DNA of 64,000 bases from Alphaproteobacteria bacterium (GCA_024278055.1 JAJRTY010000099.1:3249-67248); one strand, 5' to 3'; shown: positions 10,869 through 21,064, counted from the first letter of the stretch. Translations and numbers: made by a program. Notes: generated from the sequence alone by a model not told the origin.

Positions 10869-11330
10869 ATGACCAACCCTACTCCTCTTAAAATCAGGCT
10901 GCTTGACCATGCCAAAGGTCTCGAAGCGCCAAAATATCAAAGCGCGGCGGCTTCAGGCATGGATCTGGTTGCGGCAATTGATGAAAACAACCCCATTGTG
11001 CTGCAACCCGGCCAACGCCAGCTCATCCCTACCGGATTGACCATGGAACTTCCCCGCGGCATGGAAGCTCAGGTAAGGCCGCGCTCGGGTCTGGCGTTGA
11101 AGCATGGTATCACCGTATTGAACACACCCGGCACCATAGATGCCGATTATCGCGGGGAGGTCTCTGTGGTGTTGATTAATCACGGCAGCGAAGAATTTGA
11201 GATCATCCGCGGCAGCCGAATAGCCCAACTGGTGATTGCACCTGTTGTACAGCTTGAGGTTTTGGAGGTAGATGAGTTAAGCGCTACTATGCGTGGGTCC
11301 GGTGGATACGGCTCCACTGGCACTCAATAA
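10869..11330 (+). CDS. dut: dUTP diphosphatase
   Basis: 153 aa with [35 protein letters not shown] and GGYGSTG. Confidence 0.96.
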   Translation: MTNPTPLKIRLLDHAKGLEAPKYQSAAASGMDLVAAIDENNPIVLQPGQRQLIPTGLTMELPRGMEAQVRPRSGLALKHGITVLNTPGTIDADYRGEVSVVLINHGSEEFEIIRGSRIAQLVIAPVVQLEVLEVDELSATMRGSGGYGSTGTQ

Positions 11331-11344
11331 ACAGGTTTTGCACC

Positions 11345-12145
11345 ATGCTGGATGATCTCGAACTTGAAAGATATATGCGCCATATTCTGTTGCGCGAAGT
11401 GGGTGGTGCGGGCCAGCAAAAGCTGAAAGATGCAAAAGTTCTGGTGATCGGTGCCGGTGGTCTGGGCGCACCTGTTCTGCTCTATCTGGCAGCAGCCGGG
11501 GTTGGCAAGCTTGGTATTGTTGATGATGACACCGTTGCGCTGTCCAATTTACAGCGCCAGATTATCCATAAAACCTCGAATATTGACGTTGCCAAAACGC
11601 TGAGTGCGCGTGAAACCCTGCGTGAAGTTAACCCTCACGTAAAGGTCAACCTACACAATTGCCGGATTGTTGCCGAAAATGCCCTTGAAATTATTTCCGG
11701 TTACGACATTGTGGTTGATGGTTCGGATAATTTTCCCACCCGGTACCTGATCAATGATGCCTGCTATTTTGCCCAAAAACCGTTGGTTTCTGCCGCTGTG
11801 GGTCAATTTGACGGCCAGATTACAACCTTCCGCGCCTCCGAAGTTGATAGTGAGGGCACGCCTAACCCCAATTACCGTTGTCTCTACCCGCAAGCACCGC
11901 CGCCCGGCACTGTGCCTTCTTGTGAAGAAGCCGGTATAATCGGCGCTCTCACCGGTATTTTGGGAACGTTGCAGGCGATGGAAGTACTGAAGGAAATCCT
12001 GGGCATTGGCACCAGCCTTGTGGGGAGGCTTTTATTGTTTGATGCCCTGTCCACCCGCTGGCAGCCGGTGAGCTACAAGTGGGATGAAGATAACGCGTTG
12101 AGCGGGCGCAATCCCACCATTCACGATCTTTCCATCCATCAATAA
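11345..12145 (+). CDS. moeB: HesA/MoeB/ThiF family adenylyltransferase (molybdopterin-synthase adenylyltransferase-like)
   Basis: 266 aa with RYMRHILLREVGGAGQQKL and the nucleotide-binding motif VLVIGAGGLGAP. Confidence 0.85.
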   Translation: MLDDLELERYMRHILLREVGGAGQQKLKDAKVLVIGAGGLGAPVLLYLAAAGVGKLGIVDDDTVALSNLQRQIIHKTSNIDVAKTLSARETLREVNPHVKVNLHNCRIVAENALEIISGYDIVVDGSDNFPTRYLINDACYFAQKPLVSAAVGQFDGQITTFRASEVDSEGTPNPNYRCLYPQAPPPGTVPSCEEAGIIGALTGILGTLQAMEVLKEILGIGTSLVGRLLLFDALSTRWQPVSYKWDEDNALSGRNPTIHDLSIHQ

Positions 12146-12146
12146 G

Positions 12147-12248
12147 CTAAAAGGCTCCAAGCCAGCCCTCTCCCCCGGCCCAAACTCCCCACAGGGCACC
12201 ATTATGGGTGGTTGGGCCGGGGGAGAGGGCTGGCTTGGAGCCTTTTAG
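12147..12248. repeat. Palindromic intergenic element R1: perfect 37-bp arms (12147-12183 / 12212-12248) around a 28-nt loop
   Basis: Left arm CTAAAAGGCTCCAAGCCAGCCCTCTCCCCCGGCCCAA is the exact reverse complement of the right arm. It fills the gap between the convergent moeB-like and dehydrogenase genes. It shares its core with the elements at 40001-40134 and about 29026-29070. Confidence 0.9.
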
Positions 12249-12262
12249 AGAGAGAAAATTCC

Positions 12263-13255
12263 CTATAACATCGCCGGCACGACCCGGTCCGGTGGTGTGT
12301 GGCCATCAATGAAGGTCTTGATGTTAATAATGACCTTTTCGCCCATGTCCATGCGGCCTTCAATGGTTGCTGAACCCATATGCGGCAGCAGCAACACGCG
12401 CTTGTTGCGCACCAGTTTTGGATTAACCGCAGGCTCATGTTCAAAAACGTCCAAACCGGCCCCGGCTATTTCTTCGGCTTCCAGCATGCGAGCCAGTGCA
12501 TTTTCATCAATGACTTCGCCGCGCGCTGTATTGACAATATAGGCTGATGGCTGAATGAGCTTGAGGCGCCGCGCCGATAACAGATGATATGTTGCCGGTG
12601 TATGCGGGCAATTTACCGAAATAATGTCCATACGCGCCAGCATCTGGTCGAGGCTTTCCCAGTAGGTTGCCTCCAGTGTGTCTTCAATTGATTGCGCCAC
12701 GCGATGGCGGTTGTGGTAATGAATGGACAGGCCAAAGGCCTTGGCGCGGCGTGCCACCGCCTGGCCGATACGGCCCATGCCGATAATTCCCAGCCGCTTG
12801 CCAAAAATCCTGTTGCCTAACATCCATGTCGGCGACCAGCCTTTCCAGTTGGTTTTTTCCTCCGAAATTGCTGCTGCACCCTCTAATAACCGCCTGGGAA
12901 CCGCCAGGATCAGAGCCATTGTCATGTCGGCTGTATCTTCAGTAAGAACGCCGGGTGTGTTTGTTACAGTAACGCCGCAGGCCTGGGCCGTACCCACATC
13001 AATATTGTCAACGCCTGTACCAAAATTGGCGATCAGTTTCAGATTTGGTCCGGCCTGGGATATGATGGACTTGTCAATTGTATCGGTAACTGTCGGCACA
13101 AGTACGTCAGCGCGCTTGACAGCCGCAACCATCTGAGCCTGGTCCATGGCTGTATCTTCCAGGTTCAGTTCAGTATCAAATAACTCGCGCATGCGGGTTT
13201 CAACCACATCGGGCAATTTACGTGTTACGATTACTAACGGCTTTTTGCTGCTCAT
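12263..13255 (-). CDS. D-isomer-specific 2-hydroxyacid dehydrogenase (glyoxylate/hydroxypyruvate reductase-like)
   Basis: NAD-binding motif GIIGMGRIGQAVARR and the catalytic region SVNCPHTP...NTARGEVIDE...LLPHMGSAT. The likely start is ATG 13255 (MSSKKPLVIV); the track ORF starts at 13273. Confidence 0.88.
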   Translation of the reverse strand: MSSKKPLVIVTRKLPDVVETRMRELFDTELNLEDTAMDQAQMVAAVKRADVLVPTVTDTIDKSIISQAGPNLKLIANFGTGVDNIDVGTAQACGVTVTNTPGVLTEDTADMTMALILAVPRRLLEGAAAISEEKTNWKGWSPTWMLGNRIFGKRLGIIGMGRIGQAVARRAKAFGLSIHYHNRHRVAQSIEDTLEATYWESLDQMLARMDIISVNCPHTPATYHLLSARRLKLIQPSAYIVNTARGEVIDENALARMLEAEEIAGAGLDVFEHEPAVNPKLVRNKRVLLLPHMGSATIEGRMDMGEKVIINIKTFIDGHTPPDRVVPAML

Positions 13256-13458
13256 TTGTGCTCCAACTATCAAAAATTTAGAAGGTGTTAACCTTAAAAA
13301 GAGACATTAAGAGTTGCATTATTTGTAAAAATCACGAATTTATGGGTCTGTACTAAAGGCAACGCAAGGCTTAATATTACCACACACCCTTTATCATCGA
13401 TAACTACAAAATGGTACACTACGGTTTGCATTGGTTTGATAAATAAAGCAATAGTTTG

Positions 13459-14055
13459 ATGCGCGCATTGTTTTCATTGCAGGGCACGTATCGACTGGTC
13501 ATTTTTCTGGTGGCTGCGGTCATTGTTGGCGGCGCGGTTTTTATGATCATTTCGTCGCGCGCAAGTCTGTGGGCCAATGAAGACCAGGCGACCCAGCTTG
13601 CCGCGCTGGACAAACGCGCAACTGCAAAAAGCGGAAAACCCATTCCCCGCTTTGTCAGTCTGAAAAAAGACCGGGTGAATGTACGGCGCGGCCCCAGCAA
13701 GGACTATCAGGTTGCCTGGGTTTTTGTCCGTAAAAACCTGCCGATTGAAATTATTGCTGAATTTGAAAGATGGCGCCGTATTCGCGACAATGATGGTGCA
13801 GAAGGCTGGGTTTTCCATGCTCTGCTGGCCGATGAAAGAACCGGTCTGATTACGCCGTGGCGCCCCAAAGAAGATACCGTGAAACTTTATAAGGCCAAAG
13901 ACCAGACCAATAAAGTTGTCGCTCTGGTTCAGCCCGGAGCTATTGGAAAAATCACTTCATGTGATGGCAAGTGGTGTGATTTTTCATCGCAAGGCTATAC
14001 TGGCTGGCTGCCACAAAAAATGCTCTGGGGCGTTTATCCAGGTGAAAGTTTTTAA
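13459..14055 (+). CDS. SH3-like domain protein (alphaproteobacterial DUF1058/SH3_4 type) with an N-terminal transmembrane helix
   Basis: About 198 aa. It has an N-terminal hydrophobic helix and two SH3-like repeats (RFVSLKKDRVNVRRGPSKDYQVAWVF...; VKLYKAKDQTNKVVALVQPGAIGKI..C.GKWC). Confidence 0.7.
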   Translation: MRALFSLQGTYRLVIFLVAAVIVGGAVFMIISSRASLWANEDQATQLAALDKRATAKSGKPIPRFVSLKKDRVNVRRGPSKDYQVAWVFVRKNLPIEIIAEFERWRRIRDNDGAEGWVFHALLADERTGLITPWRPKEDTVKLYKAKDQTNKVVALVQPGAIGKITSCDGKWCDFSSQGYTGWLPQKMLWGVYPGESF

Positions 14056-14178
14056 AAACGGCTGACGTTTGCTGGATTTTTTGTTACCGGTTATTTCGGT
14101 GCGGCGCACCGGGCCCGCACGAGTGTGGCGCAGGGACAGCGCTTGCCGCCGTGGCATTTTCGCAAAAACAGACACATA

Positions 14179-14628
14179 TTAGTCTTTTGAGAATTCGGCG
14201 CAGACTTTTGGTGGAAATTCGGCCAGTCTGACAATAACGTCAACCCGGGTGATGCTCATGCCCTGAGGTGCTGCCGGAATACCAATGACCCTTAGGGTGT
14301 CATCGGAAATGTCCATCAGGCTCGAATCATTTTCACAGAAGAAATGATGATGATTGCTTGTGTTGGTGTCAAAATAAGCTTTTGAACCCTCAACCGCAAC
14401 CTCTCTCAGCAAGCCGGCTTCGGTAAACTGGTTGAGCGTATTATAGACAGTCGCCAGCGAAATCGGAAATGAAATCCGCTCGGCTTCTTCATGCAGACCT
14501 TCGGCAGTCACATGCCGGTCGCCTGCCGCAAACAAAAGCCCGGCAAGGGCTACTCTTTGCCGTGTTGGCCTTAATCCGAATTTGCGCAGTTTAACTTTAA
14601 TATCTGTTTTACGGGCTTCTTCAATCAT
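14179..14628 (-). CDS. irr: Fur-family transcriptional regulator, Irr-like (iron response regulator)
   Basis: 149 aa with a winged-helix region (LRPTRQRVALAGLLF...SLATVYNTLNQFTEAGLL) and an HHH motif (TSNHHHFFC). It is divergent from fabA, as irr is in many alphaproteobacteria. Confidence 0.72.
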   Translation of the reverse strand: MIEEARKTDIKVKLRKFGLRPTRQRVALAGLLFAAGDRHVTAEGLHEEAERISFPISLATVYNTLNQFTEAGLLREVAVEGSKAYFDTNTSNHHHFFCENDSSLMDISDDTLRVIGIPAAPQGMSITRVDVIVRLAEFPPKVCAEFSKD

Positions 14629-14887
14629 TTCTCAACAACCTGATGGCATCACTTAAATCCGTCCTTCTCTTTATTGCTCATAATTGAACAATTTGCAAAC
14701 GTTTCGCAACTAGAGTTTACAAACAGGTCAGATCTAGCGCCAAAAATATCATAGTTCAGCATTAAATGCTTCGAAAAGACACGCAAGGGCTTTGAGCAGC
14801 GATGCGGGTGTGTTAGGTACGAAAAATGAAAATTTTCAGAAATGATAAAGAGCTGTATCGGAATCATTCACAACGCTAGCTGGTACC

Positions 14888-15403
14888 ATGACTGAGCAAA
14901 AATCCTCATACGACTACGACGACCTCCTTTCCTGCGGGCGCGGGGAGCTATTTGGTCCCGGCAATGCGCAACTGCCGCTGCCGCCCATGTTAATGTTTGA
15001 CCGCATTACCCATATCAGTGAGGACGGGGGGGAATTTGGTAAAGGGCAGGTAAAAGCAGAGCTCGATGTTAATCCCGATCTGTGGTTTTTTGCCTGTCAT
15101 TTTAAAGGTGATCCGGTCATGCCGGGTTGTCTGGGCCTGGATGCCTTATGGCAGATGTGCGGTTTTTTTCTCGGCTGGCTGGGCGAATCTGGTAAAGGTC
15201 GCGCGATCAGTGTTGGTGAGGTAAAGCTCACCGGAATGGTTACACCTGAAGTAAAAAAAGTCGAATATATCGTTGATCTCAAGCGCGTTATTCGCCGCCG
15301 GTTGATTCTTGGCTCCGGTGAAGGCATTTTGAAAGCTGATGGTGAGATTGTCTATAAGGTAACGGATTTGCGCGTTGGCTTATTTAAGCCCGAGGGAAGT
15401 TGA
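14888..15403 (+). CDS. fabA: 3-hydroxydecanoyl-ACP dehydratase/isomerase
   Basis: 171 aa with [12 protein letters not shown] and [23 protein letters not shown]. Confidence 0.96.
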   Translation: MTEQKSSYDYDDLLSCGRGELFGPGNAQLPLPPMLMFDRITHISEDGGEFGKGQVKAELDVNPDLWFFACHFKGDPVMPGCLGLDALWQMCGFFLGWLGESGKGRAISVGEVKLTGMVTPEVKKVEYIVDLKRVIRRRLILGSGEGILKADGEIVYKVTDLRVGLFKPEGS

Positions 15404-15505
15404 CAAACACCTTGAAGGCGCCGTTCACTAACCTTAAGTCTGATATAATCCAGGTTGTATAATTTTAACTGGCGTTTTATTATTTTAGAAAACTCGAGGT
15501 AGATT

Positions 15506-16723
15506 ATGAGGCGCGTTGTTGTTACCGGAATGGGGATTGTGTCAAGTATTGGTAACAATTCCCAGGAAGTTCTTGCTTCTTTAAGAGAGGCAAAGTCCGG
15601 TATTGTCGCTGCCGAAGATTACGCCAGGTTAGGTTTCAGGTGTCAGGTGCATGGTGCGCCGACGCTGGATTGGGAAGAGGTTCTCGATCGCCGGACGCGC
15701 CGGTTTATGAGCGCAAGTTCCGCCTGGAACTATATTTCAATGCAACAGGCCATTCAGGATTCGGGTCTTGAAAACAACGAAATAAGCGCGACACGCACGG
15801 GTCTGATTATGGGTTCAGGCGGCCCTTCAACCAGATCGATTATCGAATCTGCGGATGTCGCCCGGGAAAAAGCTCCAAAAAAAGTAGGACCATTCGCTGT
15901 GCCCAAGGCAATGTGCAGCAGTAATTCAGCAGTTTTGTCGACCCTGTTTGAAATTAAAGGCATCAATTACTCAATTTCGTCAGCCTGCGCAACTTCCAGC
16001 CATTGTATCGGTAATGCAGCTGAAATGATCCAGTTTGGCAAGCAGGACATCATGTTTGCCGGTGGTGGTGAGGAACTGGATTGGGGCCTGTCGGTTCTGT
16101 TTGATGCCATGGGTGCCATGTCATCAAAGTATAATGATACACCTGCCACCGCCAGTCGGGCCTATGATATCAATCGTGATGGTTTTATCATAGCCGGCGG
16201 AGCCGGTACTGTGGTGCTGGAAGAACTCGAACACGCCAAAGCGCGCGGTGCCAGAATCTATTGCGAACTCGTGGGCTATGGCGCGACCTCAGACGGGTAC
16301 GATATGGTGCAGCCTTCAGGCGAAGGCGCAGCCCGCTGCATGAAAATGGCGATGGAAACGATTGATTGCGACATTGATTATATTAATCCCCACGCCACTT
16401 CAACGCCGGTTGGCGACAGCCGTGAAGTCGATGCCCTGATTGAGGTTTTCGGTGACAATATGCCGCCATTGAGTGCGACAAAGTCACTGACAGGTCACTC
16501 CCTTGGGGCTGCCGGGGTCCAGGAGGCGATCTATTCAATATTGATGATGAACAATGGATTCATTTGTAAATCAGCGAATATTGAGGAAATTGATCCGGAG
16601 ATGGCCAATATTCCCATTATGCGTGAACGCGTTGATAATGTTGAGTTGAACTGCGTTATGTCCAACAGCTTTGGCTTTGGCGGCACAAATGCAGCGCTCG
16701 TCTTTAAAAAATACGACGCCTGA
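15506..16723 (+). CDS. fabB: Beta-ketoacyl-ACP synthase I
   Basis: 405 aa with [18 protein letters not shown], active-site [12 protein letters not shown] and C-terminal [15 protein letters not shown]. It follows fabA. Confidence 0.95.
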   Translation: MRRVVVTGMGIVSSIGNNSQEVLASLREAKSGIVAAEDYARLGFRCQVHGAPTLDWEEVLDRRTRRFMSASSAWNYISMQQAIQDSGLENNEISATRTGLIMGSGGPSTRSIIESADVAREKAPKKVGPFAVPKAMCSSNSAVLSTLFEIKGINYSISSACATSSHCIGNAAEMIQFGKQDIMFAGGGEELDWGLSVLFDAMGAMSSKYNDTPATASRAYDINRDGFIIAGGAGTVVLEELEHAKARGARIYCELVGYGATSDGYDMVQPSGEGAARCMKMAMETIDCDIDYINPHATSTPVGDSREVDALIEVFGDNMPPLSATKSLTGHSLGAAGVQEAIYSILMMNNGFICKSANIEEIDPEMANIPIMRERVDNVELNCVMSNSFGFGGTNAALVFKKYDA

Positions 16724-16762
16724 TGGCTCAACAGACAATTGAATAAAGGGCAGGGGGTGCCA

Positions 16763-17593
16763 ATGACGGCGACGAAAGAAACATCCGTGCAAGGGCTCAT
16801 GGCCGGTAAGCGCGGTCTCGTAATGGGGGTCGCCAACGAACGCTCAATTGCCTGGGGTATAGCGAAAACCTTGCATCAACATGGTGCCGAGCTGGCCTTT
16901 ACCTATCAAGGTGAGGCATTTGGCCGCCGGGTCAAGCCACTGGCGCAAAGACTGGGCAGTGATCTTGTTTTACCGTGTGATGTCAGCGATGAAGAAAGCA
17001 TTGATAGTGTGTTTGACACTCTCAAACAGGAATGGGGGTCTCTTGACTACCTGGTTCATGCTATCGCTTTTTCCGACAAAGATGAGCTGAAAGGCCGCTA
17101 TGCCGATACCAGCCGCGAAAATTTCGTCCAGACCATGTTGATCTCATGTTATTCATTTACCGATATGGCCAGGCGCGCAGCGCAGCTTATGACCAACGGC
17201 GGCTCATTGATTACGCTTACCTATGGTGGCTCAACCCGGGTAATGCCAAATTACAATGTGATGGGGGTTGCCAAAGCAGCGCTTGAATCAAGCGTCAGGT
17301 ATCTCGCATCGGACTATGGCTGTGACAATATTCGCGTCAATGCCATTTCAGCCGGCCCCATGCGCACGCTCGCCGGCGCCGGTATTCGCGATGCCCGTAC
17401 AATGTTCAATTTTCAAAAAGAACATTCGCCTTTGCAAAAAAGTGTTTCTCTTGAGGAGGTTGGCGGAGCAGCCGTTTATCTCTTAAGCGATTTATCCGGC
17501 GGTGTTACCGGCGAGATTCACTTTGTCGATGCCGGATATAATATCATCTCAACACCGAGGCCTGAAGCAACGAATTGTAACGGTAAAGACTAA
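16763..17593 (+). CDS. fabI: Enoyl-ACP reductase (NADH)
   Basis: GKRGLVMGVANERSIAWGIAK... and YNVMGVAKAALE. ATG 16763 is preceded by AGGGGG; the track ORF starts at TTG 16739. Confidence 0.94.
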   Translation: MTATKETSVQGLMAGKRGLVMGVANERSIAWGIAKTLHQHGAELAFTYQGEAFGRRVKPLAQRLGSDLVLPCDVSDEESIDSVFDTLKQEWGSLDYLVHAIAFSDKDELKGRYADTSRENFVQTMLISCYSFTDMARRAAQLMTNGGSLITLTYGGSTRVMPNYNVMGVAKAALESSVRYLASDYGCDNIRVNAISAGPMRTLAGAGIRDARTMFNFQKEHSPLQKSVSLEEVGGAAVYLLSDLSGGVTGEIHFVDAGYNIISTPRPEATNCNGKD

Positions 17594-17630
17594 TTCCGGC
17601 GATCTTTAGAGCACTTCTCAATCATCCCAA

Positions 17631-17654
17631 TTCGTCATCCACGGGGATGACGAA
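17631..17654. terminator. 10-bp perfect stem-loop (TTCGTCATCC-ACGG-GGATGACGAA) between convergent fabI and the desaturase gene
   Basis: Read directly from the sequence. It has no U-tract on either strand, so the function is inferred from position only. Confidence 0.35.
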
Positions 17655-17677
17655 AATTGCCGGGTTCGATTAAAGCT

Positions 17678-18718
17678 TCACACCAGTTTCAGGGCACGTG
17701 CTTCAGCGAATGAAATTAATCTGCGCGCTTCTTCGTGCCACAGCTGGAGCTTTACGCAGGCGAAGCTTTTCCTTAGCGTCAACCGTTTGACATCCTTAAG
17801 CCGGGGATGATCTTTCAAAACATCCTGCAAGCGATAATAGGGAATTCGGCTCGACAGATGATGTACATGATGCACACCAATGCTGGCGGTCATCCAGCGC
17901 AGGACAGCCGGCAGGTCATAATGGGAGCTGCCGTAAAAGGCTGCTTCATGCAAATCCCAGTTTTCCTGCTTGTCCCAGACCATGTCCTCAAACTGATGCT
18001 GCACGTAAAACATCCACACGCCAATGGAAGAGGCAATGATCGTCATGGGAATTTGCAGCATTAAAAACGGTTTCCAGCCGACGAGGTAAATCATGACACC
18101 CCAGGCGACTATAATCGCCAAATCTGTACCCAGGGCACTGGCCCAGAACCGCCATCCGGCACGCTCGAGGCCGGAGGGCCAGCGTTGCTGGATCAAAAAA
18201 ACATACGCCGGTCCAATCCCGAACAAAACGATTGGATGGCGGTAAAGCCGGTATTTAAAGCGGTCCCAACGCGAAGCATTTTGATATTCGCGCACCGTTA
18301 AAGTGTCAATGTCGCCGATGCCACGCTTGTCAAGATTACCATGTGAGGCGTGATGGATGGCATGACTGCGGCGCCAGTAGTGATATGGCGTCATGGTTAT
18401 CACGCCAAGAATACGTCCAACCCAGTCATTGACAGATTTACTGCGGAAGAAAGAGCCATGGCCACAATCATGCTGGATCAAAAACAGCCGTACGAGAAAG
18501 GCTGCGGCCGGCACACACAGTGCCAAAGCCAGCAGGTAGCTGATTGAAAGCGCCTGCCACGCCGCCAACCACAATCAAATAAAAGGAACCCCGGTAATCA
18601 CAATTTCCAGCATACTGCGCACATGATCCGGTTGGCGATAAGGCGCCAGTTTCTGAATCCAATCGCCTGCCGGGGTTTGCTTTGCATCGGATTTATTCGT
18701 ATGTGACTTCGTTTCCAT
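17678..18718 (-). pseudogene. Membrane fatty-acid desaturase, 347 codons, interrupted by an in-frame TGA at 18575-18577
   Basis: Histidine boxes HDCGH, HAIHH and HHVHH in the 298-aa track ORF. My translation upstream in the same frame gives METKSHTNKSDAKQTPAGDWIQKLAPYRQPDHVRSMLEIVITGVPFI-TGA-(TTG)LWLAAWQAL... Confidence 0.75.
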
Positions 18719-18769
18719 CCGAAGGGGGTCCTTTATTTAAATATCAGGTCTGAGGGATCGCTTTATCGA

Positions 18770-20893
18770 TCAATCGCCGCCTTGATTAGGGTCAATTTCT
18801 TCACCGGTTTCCTGATCAACAACTTTCATGGAAAGCTTAACTTTACCACGATCATCGAAACCCAGAAGCTTCACCTTCACCTTATCACCTTCATTGACAA
18901 TGTCAGTCACTTTTCCAACACGTTGCGGTGCAAGTTGAGAAATATGAACCAGACCGTCTTTGGGGCCAAAAAAGTTCACAAAAGCGCCAAAGTCGACAAC
19001 TTTGACAACCACGCCGTCATAAATAACACCGGCTTCAGGTTCGTCGGTTATACTTTTGACCCACTTGATCGCTGCTTCAATCGACTTGGCATCACTGGAA
19101 GAAATATTGACGGTGCCATCATCTGTGATGTTCACTTTAGCGCCGGTTTCTTCAACGATCTGGCGGATAATTTTGCCGCCTGTACCAATAACTTCGCGAA
19201 TTTTATCCACGGGAATTTTAAGCGTTTCGATGCGCGGGGCATATTCACCCATCTCTTCGCGAGATTCGGTCAGAGCTTTTGCCATCTCACCCAGAATATG
19301 TATCCGGCCGCCTTTTGCCTGATCGAGAGCAATCTGCATGATTTCCTCGGTAATCCCGGTAATCTTGATGTCCATCTGCAGCGACGTGATACCTTCTTCA
19401 GTGCCGGCCACTTTAAAGTCCATGTCACCGAGGTGATCTTCATCACCTAAAATATCTGACAGAACTGCATAACGATCATCTTCCTTGATCAATCCCATGG
19501 CAATACCGGCAACGGGTCTGATCAGCGGCACACCGGCATCCATCATCGCCAATGACGCACCGCAAACGGTTGCCATGGAGGATGAACCGTTGGATTCGGT
19601 AATTTCTGATACAATACGGATGGTATAAGGAAATTCTTCACGCTTCGGCAAAACAGCGCGCATGGCCCGCCAGGCGAGCTTGCCATGGCCGATTTCACGA
19701 CGGCTGGTAAAGCCGGTTCTGCCCACTTCACCGACCGAATATGGCGGGAAGTTATAATGCAGCAGGAAAGTTTCCTTATATGTGCCTTCCAGCGCGTCGA
19801 TGAACTGTTCATCATCACTGGTACCCAAAGTGGTAACCACCAGGGCCTGAGTTTCACCGCGGGTAAAAAGAGCGGTACCATGAGCGCGCGGTAAAATCCC
19901 AACCTCGGAGACAATGGGACGAACGGTTGCAAGATCGCGACCGTCAATTCTTTTGCCGGTATCGAGAATGGAGTTGCGGACTACATTTTTCTCCAGCTTC
20001 TTGAACGCATTGCCAATGATTTGACTGGTGGCAGTTGCATCCTCTTCATTCACAAGCGCTTCCTTGGCTTCATCACGGGCGCTTGCCACAGCTTCCTGGC
20101 GTTCCTGCTTGTCAGCAATAGCGTAGGCGTCGCGAACCTTGGCTTCAACCAGATCATTGAGACGGCTTTCAATTTCACTATGATCAGGCACATCAACCGG
20201 GCGTGGTTCTTTGGCACATTTTTCCGCCAGATTGATGATTGCATCAATCACCGGCTGAAATTCTCTGTGACCGAACATGACCGCACCAAGCATCACATCT
20301 TCAGGCAATTCCTTGGCTTCCGATTCAACCATCAAAACCGCATCCTGGGTTCCGGCCACAACCAGATCGAGTGAACTTTCGGTCTCGCTGTCAATGCTGG
20401 GGTTGAGAATATACTCGCCATTGGCAAAACCAACGCGCGCAGCGCCGATTGGCCCCATGAAAGGGATGCCGGAAATTGTCAGGGCTGCTGAGACGGCCAC
20501 CAGGGCGACGATATCAGGATCGTTTTCCATGTCATGGCTCAAAACGGTTGCAATTACCTGGGTTTCATTTTGAAAACCCTTGGCAAACAACGGCCGGATG
20601 GGCCGGTCAATAAGTCTGGATACAAGCGTTTCTTTTTCGCTTGGACGGGCCTCACGTTTGAAAAAACCACCTGGGATTTTCCCGGCAGAATAGGTTTTGT
20701 CCTGATAGTTTACCGTGAGCGGGAAAAAATCCAGCCCCGGTTTTGGTTGGCGTGCAGCTGTTGCTGTGGCCAGAACAGTGGTATCGCCATATTGCACCAG
20801 CACACAGCCATCGGCCTGGCGGGCAATTTTACCTGTTTCAATGATCAGCGGACGTCCGCCCCAGGTAATTTCTTCTCTATGTATATTAAACAT
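18770..20893 (-). CDS. pnp: Polyribonucleotide nucleotidyltransferase (PNPase)
   Basis: It has two RNase PH domains, a KH domain and an S1 domain. The start is [16 protein letters not shown] at ATG 20893; the track ORF begins 12 codons upstream. Confidence 0.97.
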   Translation of the reverse strand: MFNIHREEITWGGRPLIIETGKIARQADGCVLVQYGDTTVLATATAARQPKPGLDFFPLTVNYQDKTYSAGKIPGGFFKREARPSEKETLVSRLIDRPIRPLFAKGFQNETQVIATVLSHDMENDPDIVALVAVSAALTISGIPFMGPIGAARVGFANGEYILNPSIDSETESSLDLVVAGTQDAVLMVESEAKELPEDVMLGAVMFGHREFQPVIDAIINLAEKCAKEPRPVDVPDHSEIESRLNDLVEAKVRDAYAIADKQERQEAVASARDEAKEALVNEEDATATSQIIGNAFKKLEKNVVRNSILDTGKRIDGRDLATVRPIVSEVGILPRAHGTALFTRGETQALVVTTLGTSDDEQFIDALEGTYKETFLLHYNFPPYSVGEVGRTGFTSRREIGHGKLAWRAMRAVLPKREEFPYTIRIVSEITESNGSSSMATVCGASLAMMDAGVPLIRPVAGIAMGLIKEDDRYAVLSDILGDEDHLGDMDFKVAGTEEGITSLQMDIKITGITEEIMQIALDQAKGGRIHILGEMAKALTESREEMGEYAPRIETLKIPVDKIREVIGTGGKIIRQIVEETGAKVNITDDGTVNISSSDAKSIEAAIKWVKSITDEPEAGVIYDGVVVKVVDFGAFVNFFGPKDGLVHISQLAPQRVGKVTDIVNEGDKVKVKLLGFDDRGKVKLSMKVVDQETGEEIDPNQGGD

Positions 20894-20937
20894 TTTTTTT
20901 CCTACAAATACCCTCGTAAGGCTCTTCAATTAAAATC

Positions 20938-21012
20938 GAGATTCGCACGAGCATGCATATTGAGGGTGACCAACAGGTGCCGGCTCCATTGCCGATACCT
21001 TTCACGAATCTC
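20938..21012 (-). promoter_or_regulatory. Long-range stem in the rpsO-pnp intergenic region (GAGATTCG ... CGAATCTC, about 59 nt apart), a candidate pnp leader or rpsO attenuator structure
   Basis: Inverted repeat read directly. On the minus strand it is followed by GATTTTAATTG. By analogy with the RNase III-processed pnp leader of E. coli. Confidence 0.35.
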
Positions 21013-21064
21013 TTAAACGCTTTACATGTGGATATAGCATTCGCCATTCCCATGCCGATCAAAC

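Noticed and set aside
14056-14178. GC-rich hairpins (CGGTGC-GGC-GCACCG, TGCC-GCCGT-GGCA) between the SH3-domain gene and irr, considered as a further copy of the palindromic element family
   Set aside because: They share no core sequence with R1, R2 or R3. The stems are short, and they are most simply ordinary terminator-type structures for the two convergent genes.
14649-14867. 72-aa minus-strand ORF in the irr-fabA spacer
   Set aside because: The sequence is AT-rich and the peptide has no motifs. It spans a divergent promoter region and has no ribosome-binding site. It is probably noncoding.
17655-17677. tRNA-like GGGTTCGATT motif downstream of fabI
   Set aside because: The flanking sequence cannot form a T-arm or acceptor stem. 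It is an isolated motif only.
18520-18577. Selenocysteine recoding of the desaturase TGA
   Set aside because: No SECIS-like hairpin lies immediately downstream of the TGA; the nearest stem, GGCAC-TGTGT-GTGCC, is about 50 nt away. The position is inside a predicted transmembrane segment, where Sec is not expected.
21027-21035. Near-consensus DnaA box (TGTGGATAT, 8/9 to TGTGGATAA) in the rpsO-pnp spacer
   Set aside because: It is a single isolated 9-mer far from dnaA, consistent with chance occurrence.
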